Source: Candidatus Marinacidobacterales bacterium
GTDB lineage: Bacteria > Acidobacteriota > Vicinamibacteria > Marinacidobacterales > DATDRI01
Assembly (NCBI GenBank): GCA_965219415.1
Contig: CBDCNP010000002.1
Span: forward strand, 4,448,001-4,512,000
Direction of reading: 5' to 3'
Length of the DNA stretch: 64,000 bases
Made by a program: the position numbers and the translations under genes
Shown: positions 23,254-34,710 of the stretch, piece by piece
How positions within the stretch are numbered: the first letter of the stretch is position 1
Layout of the letters: every line of letters begins with the position of its first letter
The notes under the pieces: generated by a model
Told to the model about the DNA's origin: nothing
Database searches by the model: none
The model's input: the letters and a program-made list of their open reading frames with translations, nothing else

Positions 23254-23913
23254 CTACTTCGGTTGGGGAACGATCCGGATGTAGGGTAGCGGCGACTGCC
23301 AACCGGCAGGATACTTCTTCTTGGCCTCGTCGTCGGACACGGCTGGAACAATGATCACGTCGTTGCCCTGTTTCCAATTGACCGGTGTTGCCACCTTGTG
23401 GGTCGCTGTGAGTTGGCAGGAGTCTAGGAGGCGGAGGATCTCATCGAAGTTGCGGCCCGTGCTCATCGGGTAAGTCAAGGTCGCCTTGATCTTCTTATCG
23501 GGACCGATGATAAACACGGACCGGGCCGTCGCGTTGTCCGCCGCCGTCCTTCCGGTGGAGGTGTCGCCCTCGTCCGCCGGCAGCATGTCGTAGAGCTTGA
23601 CGACCTTCAGTTCTGGATCCCCGATCAGCGGATAGTTGATCGCGTGTCCCTGGGATGCCTCGATTTCCTTCGACCACCTCTTGTGGTCGCTGACCCCATC
23701 GACGCTGATGCCGAGAACCTTGCAGTTGCGCTTTTCGAACTCAGGCTTGAGCCCCGCCATATAGCCGAGTTCCGTCGTGCAGACCGGCGTGAAGTCCTTT
23801 GGATGCGAGAACAAGATGGCCCAACCTTCGCCAATCCAATCATGAAAGTTGACCGTCCCTTCTGTCGTTTCTGCGTTAAAGTTCGGCGCTTCGTCATTGA
23901 TTCTGAGCGTCAT
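23254..23913 (-). CDS. 1-Cys peroxiredoxin (Prx6)
   Basis: FSHPKDFTPVCTTE, YPMSTGRNFDEILR; likely start MTLRINDEAP. Confidence 0.95.
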   Translation of the reverse strand: MTLRINDEAPNFNAETTEGTVNFHDWIGEGWAILFSHPKDFTPVCTTELGYMAGLKPEFEKRNCKVLGISVDGVSDHKRWSKEIEASQGHAINYPLIGDPELKVVKLYDMLPADEGDTSTGRTAADNATARSVFIIGPDKKIKATLTYPMSTGRNFDEILRLLDSCQLTATHKVATPVNWKQGNDVIIVPAVSDDEAKKKYPAGWQSPLPYIRIVPQPK

Positions 23914-24210
23914 AATTCCCTCCAGAGCATGTGAACGACCCGTTAACCGGTTTGAATGTGAAAAATCTAAGGCGATGACCGTTGTTGAAATACTCGATTC
24001 AACTCGGCTCCCAAGACAGTTCCCTTCTGAAGACTCGACAGACCTGGGTAGCCCGGAACTGCCAAGAGAGAGTTCGTCCCCAAGGTGCTTAGTCTCAGAT
24101 CCCAAACGCTATGAAGTACGGTTGCACGCTTAAATGCTACTCAGTTTCAACGGGTCGGACAAGTGCAATCGCGCGTCGGGTGCAGAAGGAGCACACTTTC
24201 TTAATTATTG

Positions 24211-24608
24211 GGATGTGTCCCGAGGTCCGTGGAAAAAGAACGGCACCCTCCACTCCGTCATCAGAGTATCATATCAGGCGGCAACCTCCGCGTGTTCGAG
24301 AACCTCGCTCAGACGTTGGTAGCCGTCGATGCGTCGTAGTTGAATCTGGCCAGAGGCGATAAGCCCAAACAGCAAAGCGACCGCAGACTCCTCGCTGGAG
24401 AACGACGCTTGGGTTTTCGTCCGGCGTCGAAACTCGCGGTTGAGATTCTCCAGAGCTTTGGTCGTTCGAAACGGTTTCCACATGGCACGAGGGAATTCGT
24501 AGAAGGTCAGCAGCTGATTACCGGCCTCCTCTAGGCTTCGGACGACGGCCGGCGCGAGAGGCGTCCACTTGGCGACGAGCTCGTCATAGGCTTTGCGAGC
24601 ATCGATCC
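24211..24608 (-). pseudogene. IS256 family 3' fragment with right end
   Basis: LENLNREFRRRTK; near-identical to part of 57843-58424; cut by A tip. Confidence 0.85.
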
Positions 24609-25010
24609 CGTCCTGTGCCAAAACCCGGCTGTGCCTTCTATTTATTCATCCGGGCGCCCCAAACTTGATTAGTCTCCGGTCTGCCGGCACCATGCCTGCT
24701 TGATTTCGTCGTTTGTTCGCGCTCTCATCTCCGCCTTCAAGGCTCGTCGCGAGCTGGCTCTCGACAATGTCGCTATTCGGCAACAGCTCGCCGTCCTCCG
24801 CCGTTCGGTGAAACGGCCGCGGCTCTCGAACGTCGACCGCGGGTTTTGGGTAACTGTAGAGCCTAAGGGCCCTTGGCCCAGTCGCTAAGCTGCTGATTTA
24901 TGGTCTATTTCAAAAGGGCCGAGTTTTGGCACAGGACTGGGTGAACCCCGACGCCCTGAAAGACGATGTCCGTCCCGTCACCCACTGGGACAAGCGGTGA
25001 GACATTCACC

Positions 25011-27635
25011 TCATCTGGAGTGCGGCGCCTCAGGCGGTGCGAGGATCGTGTTGAACAATAGGTCAAACGTGCCGACGCTCAGCCAACGGTGAACGGGGTT
25101 GAACGCGAACATCACGAGTTTGCCTCGTCCGATGGGCGCTTCGATGATCGCCGGCGCGCCTCGAAGTGGCACGGCATTGTCGGCAAGCCCAGATAACCAC
25201 GTTTCGTTTTCCGCGAAGCGGAGCAGCACAGAGGCGCTGCCGCCTTCCATCACCGAGAACACCGGGGCCTTGGCGAAAAAAACTGCCAGCTCTCGAGAGT
25301 AGCCGTCCGTCGTCGGCCGGCGGTCGTCGACAACCTCCGCGCTCAATATCGATCCGGGGACGAGAAGCCCCGGTGGGTCGACGATCGCGACATCGGGTAC
25401 CAACCCATAGTCCACCGGAACTCGACACGCCGATCCAATGGTAACGAGAGTCCCGCCGTCTCTCACAAACGTCTCGAGATTCTCCACTCCCACCAGACCC
25501 ATCCCGCCCGTGATGTCTTCGGAGGAATCGTAGTCGCCCATGAAACGAAACCGCGCCGTCCTAGCGTAGGCGAGCGGTCCGTACTTTCGGTCCAACCCGG
25601 CCACGATGGCTTCGCCATCGCCTCTCCCGGCGGGACTCGCCGGAGCGAAAACGAGCGCGTCGAAGTCTTTCGCCAATCCTCCGCGTCGCAATCTCTCTTC
25701 GTTGACTAGCTCATAGCGAACCCCCAGTGTATCCAGCGTGAACCGGAGCCAACCGGTGTCCTGTGTATATCTCCAGGTGTAGACGAGTCCGACACGCGGT
25801 GAGCCAGCTTCTTCGAAGCGACGCTTCAAGGCCTTCGTCTCCGTGTAGCCGTTCGGTACCTCCGTCACCACCGGCTCCATCGCGGCGTTCAAAATGGCTT
25901 GGTCCCGCACTTCCATCGTGCGGACGCCGTACATGAGGCCAAGTGTCCAGGCGGTGTCGTCATAGGAAGGGGGGGCGTTCTTCGGATATTTCTGAATCTC
26001 GAACAGGGTCTGGATGAAGTTCCGGTAAGGCTGGTCCATGCGGACGACGTAGGAACCCCGAGGCAAGCGTGCCTCACCCGCGCCGACCGCTTCCACGCTC
26101 GCTCCGCCATCGACGCCGCTCGTATCCACTACCGACGCCAACGTCATTTCGGCAGTCAGTCGGTGGACCTCGATCCCGTGGCGACGAACGAGGTTGACCA
26201 GCGAGGTGGCCCGTGCGTCAGCGTCTCGATGCCCAACGCTCCCCTGCCCCGAGGGGACTACCCATGCGTAAGGTGGCTCGGTCCTCCCCCGATGAAGGGA
26301 GTTGGAGCTCTTTTTCCAGAAGTTCTCGAGTAGCGTCTCGGGGTGACGGGCAACCAGATCCAATGCGCTCAACACCGCAGTCTGTTGGTAATTGATACTG
26401 TTCCGATGGGACCATTCGACTTCCCGGTAGGGTGGGACCGGCCGAAACCACTCCCGACTGAGACGGTTCGCGTACGTCCGGGTGTGATTGAAAATAGATA
26501 GAATCGGCTCGGTGAGCTCGCGTCTCATCGTGCTGGCCCCCGCATTGCCGAAGGATTGATGGAAGCGGCCTGCCGCATTTCGATTGACCGCGATCCAAGC
26601 TACGTACCCCGGGTACCAAGCCTGCGCGAAGTCATACACCCAAACGCCGGGCATACCCCAGCGATTCATTTGAGCTAGCTCGTAATGAGCCAACCACGAT
26701 AGCTCCGTTTCGTAGATGGGGCCGTAGTTAGGATAGTTCGGTCCGGTTCCGGTGAAGATGTAGAGAAACGGCAAGGACTCGTGGAAGTCGTCTATCACCT
26801 GAGGGTGGAAACTGTCGAAGAGCTCGAGCAAGGCACGGGTCGCCGGCTGGGAAAGAACGATGCCGTCCCGGTTCGTGTCGTGGTAGAGATACTTGCTCCA
26901 GTAGGGCGAGGCCGGTTTCCACTGCGTCTGATCGGTAATGTCGATCAGGTGACGCGAGTACCAATCGGCATATCGATCGCGCCCGTCGGGCTCGAAGACT
27001 GGCAGAATGAGAACGATCACTTCGTGACGAATCCGCTCGAGTGTCGGATCATCGCTGACCGCCAAGCGGTACGCCAGCTCCATCATCATTTCGGGGCTCG
27101 CGGTCTCCGCCCCCTGAACCGCTCCCATCACCGCGTAGATGGGTTTTCCTTCTCGAACGATGTCCGCGGACCGTGCCTCGGAGGTTAGTCTAGGGTCTGC
27201 GAGCGCGGCGGTCATGGATTTGTATTTCTCGATTTGCCGGATGTTCTCTTCCGAGCTGACGGCGAGCGCGATGATGCGGCGTCCTTCGCTCGATGTCCCG
27301 ATGAAGAATGAATCGACTCGCGCAGATTTTTCAGCCAGCGCTTCCATATAACGAACGATGTCCGCGTAGTAGGTCATCTTGCCAGGCTGACCTACGGTGT
27401 AACCGAGAACCTCTCGCGGCGGTGGTACGCCATCGATGGACGCGGGCAAGGGATCGACGAGCGGAGAGAGGAACTCCGGGCGCGTCGTATAGCTACGAAT
27501 CGCCCTCGTCCCCTCCTCGTCGACGCCCGCACGTTGGGAGGGCGCGGACTCTGCGGTCAAACCCGAAATCACCGAGACCAGGCATGCGATTGTAGTGCAA
27601 CGCGGCAGGGTTCCCATGTCCCAACCGTATATCAT
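25011..27635 (-). CDS. M14 zinc-carboxypeptidase-like secreted protein
   Basis: PDGRD, HDTNRD, DFHES motifs; C-terminal GATase-like region. Confidence 0.8.
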   Translation of the reverse strand: MIYGWDMGTLPRCTTIACLVSVISGLTAESAPSQRAGVDEEGTRAIRSYTTRPEFLSPLVDPLPASIDGVPPPREVLGYTVGQPGKMTYYADIVRYMEALAEKSARVDSFFIGTSSEGRRIIALAVSSEENIRQIEKYKSMTAALADPRLTSEARSADIVREGKPIYAVMGAVQGAETASPEMMMELAYRLAVSDDPTLERIRHEVIVLILPVFEPDGRDRYADWYSRHLIDITDQTQWKPASPYWSKYLYHDTNRDGIVLSQPATRALLELFDSFHPQVIDDFHESLPFLYIFTGTGPNYPNYGPIYETELSWLAHYELAQMNRWGMPGVWVYDFAQAWYPGYVAWIAVNRNAAGRFHQSFGNAGASTMRRELTEPILSIFNHTRTYANRLSREWFRPVPPYREVEWSHRNSINYQQTAVLSALDLVARHPETLLENFWKKSSNSLHRGRTEPPYAWVVPSGQGSVGHRDADARATSLVNLVRRHGIEVHRLTAEMTLASVVDTSGVDGGASVEAVGAGEARLPRGSYVVRMDQPYRNFIQTLFEIQKYPKNAPPSYDDTAWTLGLMYGVRTMEVRDQAILNAAMEPVVTEVPNGYTETKALKRRFEEAGSPRVGLVYTWRYTQDTGWLRFTLDTLGVRYELVNEERLRRGGLAKDFDALVFAPASPAGRGDGEAIVAGLDRKYGPLAYARTARFRFMGDYDSSEDITGGMGLVGVENLETFVRDGGTLVTIGSACRVPVDYGLVPDVAIVDPPGLLVPGSILSAEVVDDRRPTTDGYSRELAVFFAKAPVFSVMEGGSASVLLRFAENETWLSGLADNAVPLRGAPAIIEAPIGRGKLVMFAFNPVHRWLSVGTFDLLFNTILAPPEAPHSR

Positions 27636-27708
27636 GGCGGCGAGCAGCTTGCGATTGCAGGAGCTCCGTTGGCAAAAAGCCGTCGAATTAAGGTAGATTC
27701 TCGCGGAG

Positions 27709-28422
27709 ATGAAAACAGCAAAATCAACGCTTCATATCGCGGAGGGAGGCTTCCTCGCTCGCCCCGAAAAAAAGGCCGACTCGGACCAGCGGGATGCAGA
27801 GATAAGGCCCTACGCCGCCCAGCAGCCCGGCTTCGTCGAAACCTATGGCGGTTCCATTACCGGTACCGACTGGGGCTTTTTCACTGCCAAGTTTCGGAGT
27901 CTGCAAGACATGGAACACTGGCAAGCGGACCGAACACATAACGATGTGCAAGACGAAGCGAGGGATTCGTTTTGGTACGCCTACTACGTTCGCAAAGGAC
28001 GCTTGCTATCAGCGGCCGAGACCGCCGAGGGGAAGCTCCTGTGCGAGGCGGTGTTGCTCCGCGACCAGCCGCTGAGTCCCGAGGAACATAACGTTGCCAA
28101 CGCGGCGGCCGTGGAGACTTCTCGATTCGGCGTTCTGCCGTACGAGACGCTGAGAGGTTCCCCCATCCCCACGCCCTACGTATTCACCGGCCCGGTGGGC
28201 GTCTTACCCCAGGCCGCGCCGGTGCAATACGTCTTGCTTACCTACTGGGAGAAAACCGAGGCCAGTGCCGCATGGCAAGAGTCCCCGGCGTTCCAACACT
28301 TCGAACAGCTCGGCCAAGTCTCAACCTCGCTTTACGTGCTAATTCCAGAAAGACAACCTCGCATGGGACTTCTTCCCGACCGTTTGCAGCGGGAGTGGGT
28401 CGCACCGGATGCGCCCATTTGA
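27709..28422 (+). CDS. Hypothetical protein, ABM-monooxygenase-like
   Basis: QPGFV..F.SL..MEHW....H...Q pattern. Confidence 0.55.
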   Translation: MKTAKSTLHIAEGGFLARPEKKADSDQRDAEIRPYAAQQPGFVETYGGSITGTDWGFFTAKFRSLQDMEHWQADRTHNDVQDEARDSFWYAYYVRKGRLLSAAETAEGKLLCEAVLLRDQPLSPEEHNVANAAAVETSRFGVLPYETLRGSPIPTPYVFTGPVGVLPQAAPVQYVLLTYWEKTEASAAWQESPAFQHFEQLGQVSTSLYVLIPERQPRMGLLPDRLQREWVAPDAPI

Positions 28423-28458
28423 TGCCCGAAGGACGCCGGGCTAGCCCCGTCACCAGAA

Positions 28459-28575
28459 ATGTCCAGCCAGCCCCGCAAGCCCCGTAAGATTGTCGGCGTC
28501 GACGTGGGCGGTACGTTTACCGATCTCGTGTGGATGGAAGAGGCGGGAGAGGACGTACGCGTGGCGAAGGTACCC
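28459..28575 (+). pseudogene. Hydantoinase/oxoprolinase N-terminus, truncated
   Basis: IVGVDVGGTFTDLV..VAKVP then A tip. Confidence 0.8.
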
Positions 28576-29024
28576 CGTCCTGTGCCAAAACTCGGCCTTT
28601 TAGAAATAGACCACAAATCAGCAGCTTAGACGCCCTTGGAATCCGCGCAGAATCCAGGGTATTTCGCGCCGCAGGGCTGACTTCCGACCCATGGGCTGAC
28701 GGATGAATAAATAGAAGGCACAGCGCGAGGATGGGGGGACCGCCTAATGGAATAACTAAATTATGTCTAAACATAAAAAATAATGTGTTTACAGTAGTTT
28801 AACTGGACACTATAATTCAGCGTTGCGCGGGTTCCTACGCCCTTGGGAATCCGCGCAGAATCCAGGGTATTTCGCGCCGCAGGGCTGACTTCCGACCCAT
28901 GGGGCTGGCGGATGAATAAATAGAAGGCACAACCGCTTCCATTGGCCAACCAAGCGTAGACACCTCTAATCCGAAACGTCCCGGCGCTACGGTCTTGAGT
29001 TCGTTTGTGTTTTTGGACACGACG

Positions 29025-29232
29025 GCCTTCGGTGCCAAGTCAGCAGGGTTTCCGGTGTGACGATACCGGCGACTTCTGCTAACAGTTTCGGGACATTGTT
29101 GTGATTTCCTACGCGGACGGATCGATCGACCAGCAGGAAATGGATTGCCTCGTTTGGCTCTGCGAGAACGTCGGAGTCAACCCGCGGTTTATCCAGCAGA
29201 TCCTCACTAGCGCGGCCCGCGGCGTGGATTAG
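29025..29232 (+). pseudogene. TerB-like C-terminal fragment
   Basis: ISYADGSIDQQE..LCENVGV, starts at D tip. Confidence 0.45.
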
Positions 29233-29398
29233 TGTTCTTCGACTCGGATCTTCAGGACGGCGAGCGTTGTGGCCGATCCGTCGGGCCCTTGTGATGATGC
29301 TAAGATCATCCCGTTATGCCCAGTGCGCTGGTAGACGCGGCTGCGGGGAAAGCCGTCTGAAAGCCACCTTATCGGTTCAAGGTAGGATGGCGTGACCG

Positions 29399-31031
29399 AT
29401 GACGAACGTTCCTACAGTCGTTGCCCATGCGGACTGGAGCATTTTACCGGTGAAGCGCTGGGTAGCGACAGCGCACCTCCGGGGCGACGGCTACGTCGCC
29501 GATGCGCCCCGCTCCGTCGGCGACGCCCGGCGATTGATCGCGTCCTTGGTGCCCTCGCCCTCAGCGACCATCCTCGCGGGATTTGATTTTCCCATTGGCG
29601 TACCCACCGCTTATGCACGGGTAGCCGGTGTCCGACACTTCCGCGCTCTCCTCGACGGCCTCGGCGCACCGCCGTGGGATGAGTTCGCCAAGCCGGCCCG
29701 CGTCGCTGCCGAGATCTCCCTCCTCCGCCCCTTCTACCCAGAGGGTAACGGCAGGGGGGCCCGCAAGGATGACCTCGTCGAGGCCTTCCGCGCGACCCGC
29801 TGGAAGGACCTGCTGCGAGAGTGTGACCGTGGTCAGTTGGGCCGTCCGGCAGCCGAATGCCTGTTCTGGACCCTCGGTCCCAAGCAGGTCGGGCGCGCCA
29901 CTCTGTCGGGATGGACGGAGGTGCTGCGACCCGCCCTCGCCGAAGGCGCGAGGCTCTGGCCGTTCGATGGTGCCCTTGAGAAGCTGCTGCAAGAAGCTGG
30001 CTGCGTGGTCGCTGAGACGTACCCCGCCGACGCCGTTCGACTCCTTAACTTGGAGCTACCTAGCCCGAGGGGCGGAAAGCGGGACTCGAGGTACCGACAG
30101 CGAGTCGGGCGCTCGCTCGTCACGACCGCGGAAACCGACAAAGCCGTCCGCCTATCCCCGGCGTTGCGCGAGGTGTTGCTCGACGGTTTCGGTCCGGACC
30201 CGAACGGTGAGGATCCGTTCGATGCGGTCATTGGCCTGCTGGCGATGTTGGAGGTTGTCCTCGAAAGACGCCCCGACGGGGCACCCTTGTCGGCAGCCGT
30301 GCGTGAGGTCGAGGGATGGATGCTCGGCTACGTCGTTCCGGAATCGGCGCATGCAACCGACAAGACCAGCGTGCCGCCGGAACCGGCGTCCCGCGACTGG
30401 CCGCTCCCGGAGCTCTTACCCGCGCGTCTAACCGGCGCCGAGCCCGTCATCGACGATGGCCGCCCGGTGCCTAGGCTCACCGTGCTCGACTTCTGGCGAT
30501 GGGCCGCATCGGATCTCGCAGACAACGTCGTGCGGGGTTGGTTCGCCGAGTTCATCGTGGGCTGCGGCCCTTGGCACCCACGACGGCGTTCGGCAGTCCT
30601 GGGACACCGTCGACGTGAAAACGAAAGCAGGCAAGACGATCCAGGTCAAGTGCTCCGCGTATCTGCAGTCGTGGGCCCAGAAGGAACTTTCCCAAGTTAA
30701 CTTCTCCGTCAAGCCTACCCGCGCCTGGGATCAAGAGACCGGCACCAGGGAGGATCGGGCGGGCAGGCACGCGGACGTCTACGTCTTCGTGCACCAGAAG
30801 CACATGGACAAGGCAACGCTCGACCCCCTTGACCTCACCCAGTTGGACTTCTATGTTGTCCCGACGGCGGTCGTCGAGGCGCGCTGGCCCCGGGCGGCTG
30901 CGCGTGTCGCTGGCCGCCGTGCGCGAGGCGGCCTGTCCAATCCGATACGCCGAGCTCCGGCGTGGGATAGAAGCACTCTAGGTCGACACTTGTTCGAACG
31001 ACGAAACGCCAAAATGCCCTGGGAAGGGTGA
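29399..31031 (+). pseudogene. DUF429-like (RNase H-like) domain fused to a PD-(D/E)xK-like domain, frameshifted near 30565
   Basis: ADWS, GFDFPIG, ETYPA, DPFDA, EGW; then DFWRWA.SDL..RG..AEFIV / D...IQVKCSAYLQSW. Confidence 0.6.
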
Positions 31032-31319
31032 CAACCTCCTGAACGCGGCGCGCATCGAGACGGGCATGCTGTCGGTGCCCGTCGTGTCCAAATAAACAAA
31101 CGAACTCAAGGCCCTTGCGCCGCCTTGGCCCGGTCGCAAACATAGACACTAAGCTGCTGATTTATGGTCTATTTCAAAGGGGCCGAGTTTTGGCACAGGA
31201 CGGGGGAGACATTTCCGATCGGCTCCAAGAGTCGTTGCGTGTGGTGCTTCCGCCATTAAGTGTTGTGGACTTGACCCGCTTTCGTGGACACCTAATCCTT
31301 TGGGAGACAGGAGTCCACG

Positions 31320-31634
31320 ATGTCAAAGCAGGGAAACAGATACGCGGCCGAATTCCGGCGCCAAATGGTAGAGCTGGTGCGAGCTGGCCGCGGCTCCGAA
31401 GAGCTGGCGCGAGAGTTTGAGCCCTCGGGCCAGACGATCCGGAACTGGGTGAACCAGGCGGATCTCGACGAGGGTCGCAGGCAGGACGGTCTGACGAGTG
31501 AGGAGCGTGCGGAGCTCCGCCGCCTGCGACGGGAGAACCGTCAACTACGGTTGGAGCGGGAGATCCTCTCAAAAGCCGCGGCCTGGTTCGCTCGGGAGAC
31601 CGAGTCGGTACCACCGAAGCCTTCCGATTCGTGA
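31320..31634 (+). CDS. IS3 OrfA
   Basis: RYAAEFRRQMVELV, ELRRLRREN..EREILSKAAAWFA. Confidence 0.92.
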   Translation: MSKQGNRYAAEFRRQMVELVRAGRGSEELAREFEPSGQTIRNWVNQADLDEGRRQDGLTSEERAELRRLRRENRQLRLEREILSKAAAWFARETESVPPKPSDS

Positions 31635-32482
31635 GGGCGAACCAGGATTCACTACCGGTTGCCACGATGTGCCGACTGCTGGACGTCTCCGCCAGCGGCT
31701 ACTATGCGTGGCTTGAGCGTGCCCCGTCGGCCCGCGCGGTGTCGGATGCGGAGTTGCTTGAGAAGATCCGGGCGATTCACACCGCGTCGCGGAGCACGTA
31801 CGGCGCGCCGAGGATCCTCCACGAGCTACGAGAGACACACGAGCTCCACGTCTCACACAAGCGTGTAGCGCGGCTAATGCGCGAGGCTGGCATTCAAGGT
31901 GTTCACCGGCGCAAGAGGGCGCACACTACGATTCGCTGTGACGACGCCCGTCCCGCCCCCGATCTCGTCGACAGGAATTTCGAGGTGGACCGGCCCGACC
32001 GCCTGTGGGTCGCCGATATCACCTACGTGCCCACGTGGTCGGGCTTCTTGTTCCTCGCCGTCGTGCTGGACGCCTTCAGCCGACGCATCGTCGGATGGGC
32101 AATGGCTACCCACCTGCGGACGTCGCTCGTCTTGAGCGCCCTCGACATGGCGCTGTTCCAACGCAAGCCCGGCGACGTCATCCATCACTCGGACCAGGGC
32201 ACGCAGTACACGTCACTAGCGTTCGGCCAGCGATGCCGGGAGGCCGGGGTGCGACCGTCGATGGGTTCGGTCGGGGACTGTTACGACAATGCGATGTGCG
32301 AGAGCTTCTTCGCGACGCTCGAGTGCGAGCTGATCGAGCGCCGGTCGTTTCGCTACCACGCTGAGGCGCGCATGGCGACCTTCGATTTCATCGAAGGCTG
32401 GTACAACCCGCGACGACGACACTCCGCCATCGACTATTGCTCGCCTATCCAATTCGAAAGGAGGTACTATCGCGACGCTTGA
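31631..32482 (+). CDS. IS3 OrfB integrase
   Basis: WVADITY, HSDQG.QY, DNAMCESFF, YNPRRRHS. Confidence 0.93.
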   Translation: MRANQDSLPVATMCRLLDVSASGYYAWLERAPSARAVSDAELLEKIRAIHTASRSTYGAPRILHELRETHELHVSHKRVARLMREAGIQGVHRRKRAHTTIRCDDARPAPDLVDRNFEVDRPDRLWVADITYVPTWSGFLFLAVVLDAFSRRIVGWAMATHLRTSLVLSALDMALFQRKPGDVIHHSDQGTQYTSLAFGQRCREAGVRPSMGSVGDCYDNAMCESFFATLECELIERRSFRYHAEARMATFDFIEGWYNPRRRHSAIDYCSPIQFERRYYRDA

Positions 32483-32900
32483 TCCCTAACTCTTAACCTG
32501 TCCACGAAAGCGGGGTCACTTCAGTTGGTGAGATGACGCTAAGACTTTACGCTGCGTTAAATTACAGCCAGAATAGCGCTCGCGACCTTCGCCGCGCGCT
32601 AAATGGAGCGTAAGCGCTGTTTTTGCAAAGGGATACGTACACATCACCAACAGCAAACAGCGCAAGCACCCGGCTATTTCAAGAGGGCCGAGTTTTGGCA
32701 CAGGACGGGGTACCGCCGCGCACCTACTTGTCGCGCGTCACATCGCGTCTTGCTGCCGCCGAGCGCCCTCGGGTGTGGTAGGTTCAGCATGGGTATGGTC
32801 GTTCTCCCTCTATTCTCCGTCTGTAGCCTCGTTTTCGTTCTCCTTGTTTTGGATAGATTCCAGGTTAAAATGTTGCCAAGTTCGAGCGTTATTTCCCTCT

Positions 32901-33695
32901 GTGAAAGATAAAGCGCCTCAGCACGCACGGCCGAGCGATGCGACCGAACCCACCGCACCCGAGCCCACCTACGCCGAAAGAGCGCGAACCCTGGTGCACG
33001 TCGGTCGGGTGGGAACCCTGTCGACGCTGTCGCAGAAAGTGGCTGAGTTCCCGTTCGGCTCGGTTGCGCCTTACGGCCTCGATGAGCGCGGTTGCCCGAC
33101 GTTTCTCATTAGCACCATGGCAATGCACACCCAAAACGTGCTCGCGAACGATCGCGCCAGCCTTCTCGTTACCGAAGCCGGCGCAGCCGAGGATCCTCTG
33201 GGCGCGGGACGTGTCACCCTCGTCGGCCACGTGGCGAAAACACCCGAGTCCGCGCTCGCGCACGTACGCCAAGAGTACTTGGTGCGTTACCAAAACGCGT
33301 CTTATTGGGTCGACTTCAAAGACTTCGCTTTTTTCCAAATGGACATCGTCGACGTGTACTTCGTCGGTGGATTCGGGGTCATGGGATGGGTGGGCGCCGA
33401 TGACTATCGTACTGCCGAGCCCGATCCGCTCGCAGATGCTGCGTTTGGCATCATCGAGCACATGAACGAAGATCACGTGGACGCGATGCTGTTGCTCGCG
33501 CGCGCTGTCGCCGGCATCGAAGCTGAAGACGCGAAGATGACTGCCGTCGACCGTCTCGGCTTCCACGTGCGCTTGACCACCGACGACGAGATGAAAGGGA
33601 TACGCGTGCCATTCACGCGCGAGGTGCGTAGCAGGGAGGAAGTCCGAACCGTTATCGTGGAGATGGTACGTCGGGAGGGAGGCGCCGCCGGCTAG
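32901..33695 (+). CDS. HugZ-family heme utilisation / PNPOx-like protein with DUF2470
   Basis: ARTL, FPFGS, HTQN..RASLL, FVGGFG, IIEHMNEDH; start uncertain. Confidence 0.85.
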   Translation: MKDKAPQHARPSDATEPTAPEPTYAERARTLVHVGRVGTLSTLSQKVAEFPFGSVAPYGLDERGCPTFLISTMAMHTQNVLANDRASLLVTEAGAAEDPLGAGRVTLVGHVAKTPESALAHVRQEYLVRYQNASYWVDFKDFAFFQMDIVDVYFVGGFGVMGWVGADDYRTAEPDPLADAAFGIIEHMNEDHVDAMLLLARAVAGIEAEDAKMTAVDRLGFHVRLTTDDEMKGIRVPFTREVRSREEVRTVIVEMVRREGGAAG

Positions 33696-33989
33696 AGCAG
33701 CGTATCAAGGTTGCATACGAGAGCTGATAGTACGGGCATTTTTTCCCGAAGGCTCGACATCAGCTCAGTCGTACTTGACGAGAAAAAGTGATTTCATGAC
33801 CAAGGATGACTACTGCTTCGCCGACTCGATCAACCGACCGGTGCTTACTCCGTTTACTGTTGCCGGCTCGTCCATGTCGTCGTGTGAGGACGGCGCTTAT
33901 GCACGGTTTGGCGCAAGCTGAAGTCCAGTGACGTTAAAATCTGATGTAATCTACTGCACTAAAAAGCCTTCCCCGTATGCTAGCAACAG

Positions 33990-34303
33990 TCAATGACGAA
34001 AGCATCGCCCAAAGCCTGGGCCGATCGTCCTCAGAGAGCTTGAGACGCTTGCCCCGAAGCCCGGCTCGGAGCACGCGGTTCTCCTCTTGCAGGTGGTCGA
34101 TCACATCCTGCTGCTGGCGGTTGACCCAGCCAGCCAGAACGAGCACTAGGAATTACACGTGGTACGTCATCATGGAGCTGAAAGATAACACCCTCGGGGC
34201 CAGACGATTGTAAAGCCTACGGCCCTTGGCCCGGTCGCAAACACAGACACTAAGCTGCTGATTTATGGTCTATTTCAAAAGGGCCGAGTTTTGGCACAGG
34301 ACG
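33990..34303 (-). pseudogene. Left end A with N-terminus of its rve transposase
   Basis: Reading in from A tip: MTYHV*FL.LVLAGWVNRQQQDVIDHLQEENRVL; same start at about 10840-10860. Confidence 0.75.
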
Positions 34304-34343
34304 CCGTCGGGAATCGCTCCCGATCCAAGGAAGAGGCGTATCG

Positions 34344-34682
34344 ATGAACATTGAAGTTGTTGAAGAACGAGACAACGACGTCTTGGTACTGTTGCCGGTC
34401 GGCCGGCTCGACAGCACGAACGCACGCGCATTCGAATCCATCGTCATGGATCACATCAGCAAAGGCGAACAGCGCTTGATCGTCGATTTCAGCCGTCTGA
34501 ACTTCATCAGTAGTTTCGGCCTGAGGGTGCTTCTCATCACGGCCAAGAAGCTCAGCGCAACCCAGGGGAAGCTCGTCCTGTGCGACATGCATGAGCACAT
34601 CCATGAAGTTTTCATGATCAGCGGCTTCGATCAGCTCATCCCGATCCAGAACTCCCGTAAGGCTTCCATGAATTTGTTCTGA
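34344..34682 (+). CDS. STAS anti-sigma-factor antagonist
   Basis: GRLDS, IVDFSRLNFISSFGLRVLL, VFMISG. Confidence 0.92.
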   Translation: MNIEVVEERDNDVLVLLPVGRLDSTNARAFESIVMDHISKGEQRLIVDFSRLNFISSFGLRVLLITAKKLSATQGKLVLCDMHEHIHEVFMISGFDQLIPIQNSRKASMNLF

Positions 34683-34710
34683 CCGCACCCCGATCCTTGC
34701 ACAGTGCGGC

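Larger units (their letters stand above)
31266..32523 (+). mobile_element. Complete IS3-family element
   Basis: TG..CA ends, IR containing CCCGCTTTCGTGGACA, 4-bp TSD GTTG. Confidence 0.92.

Noticed and set aside
28741-28830. AT-rich patch as origin or res site
   Set aside because: No iterons or cognate recombinase; probably a captured promoter fragment
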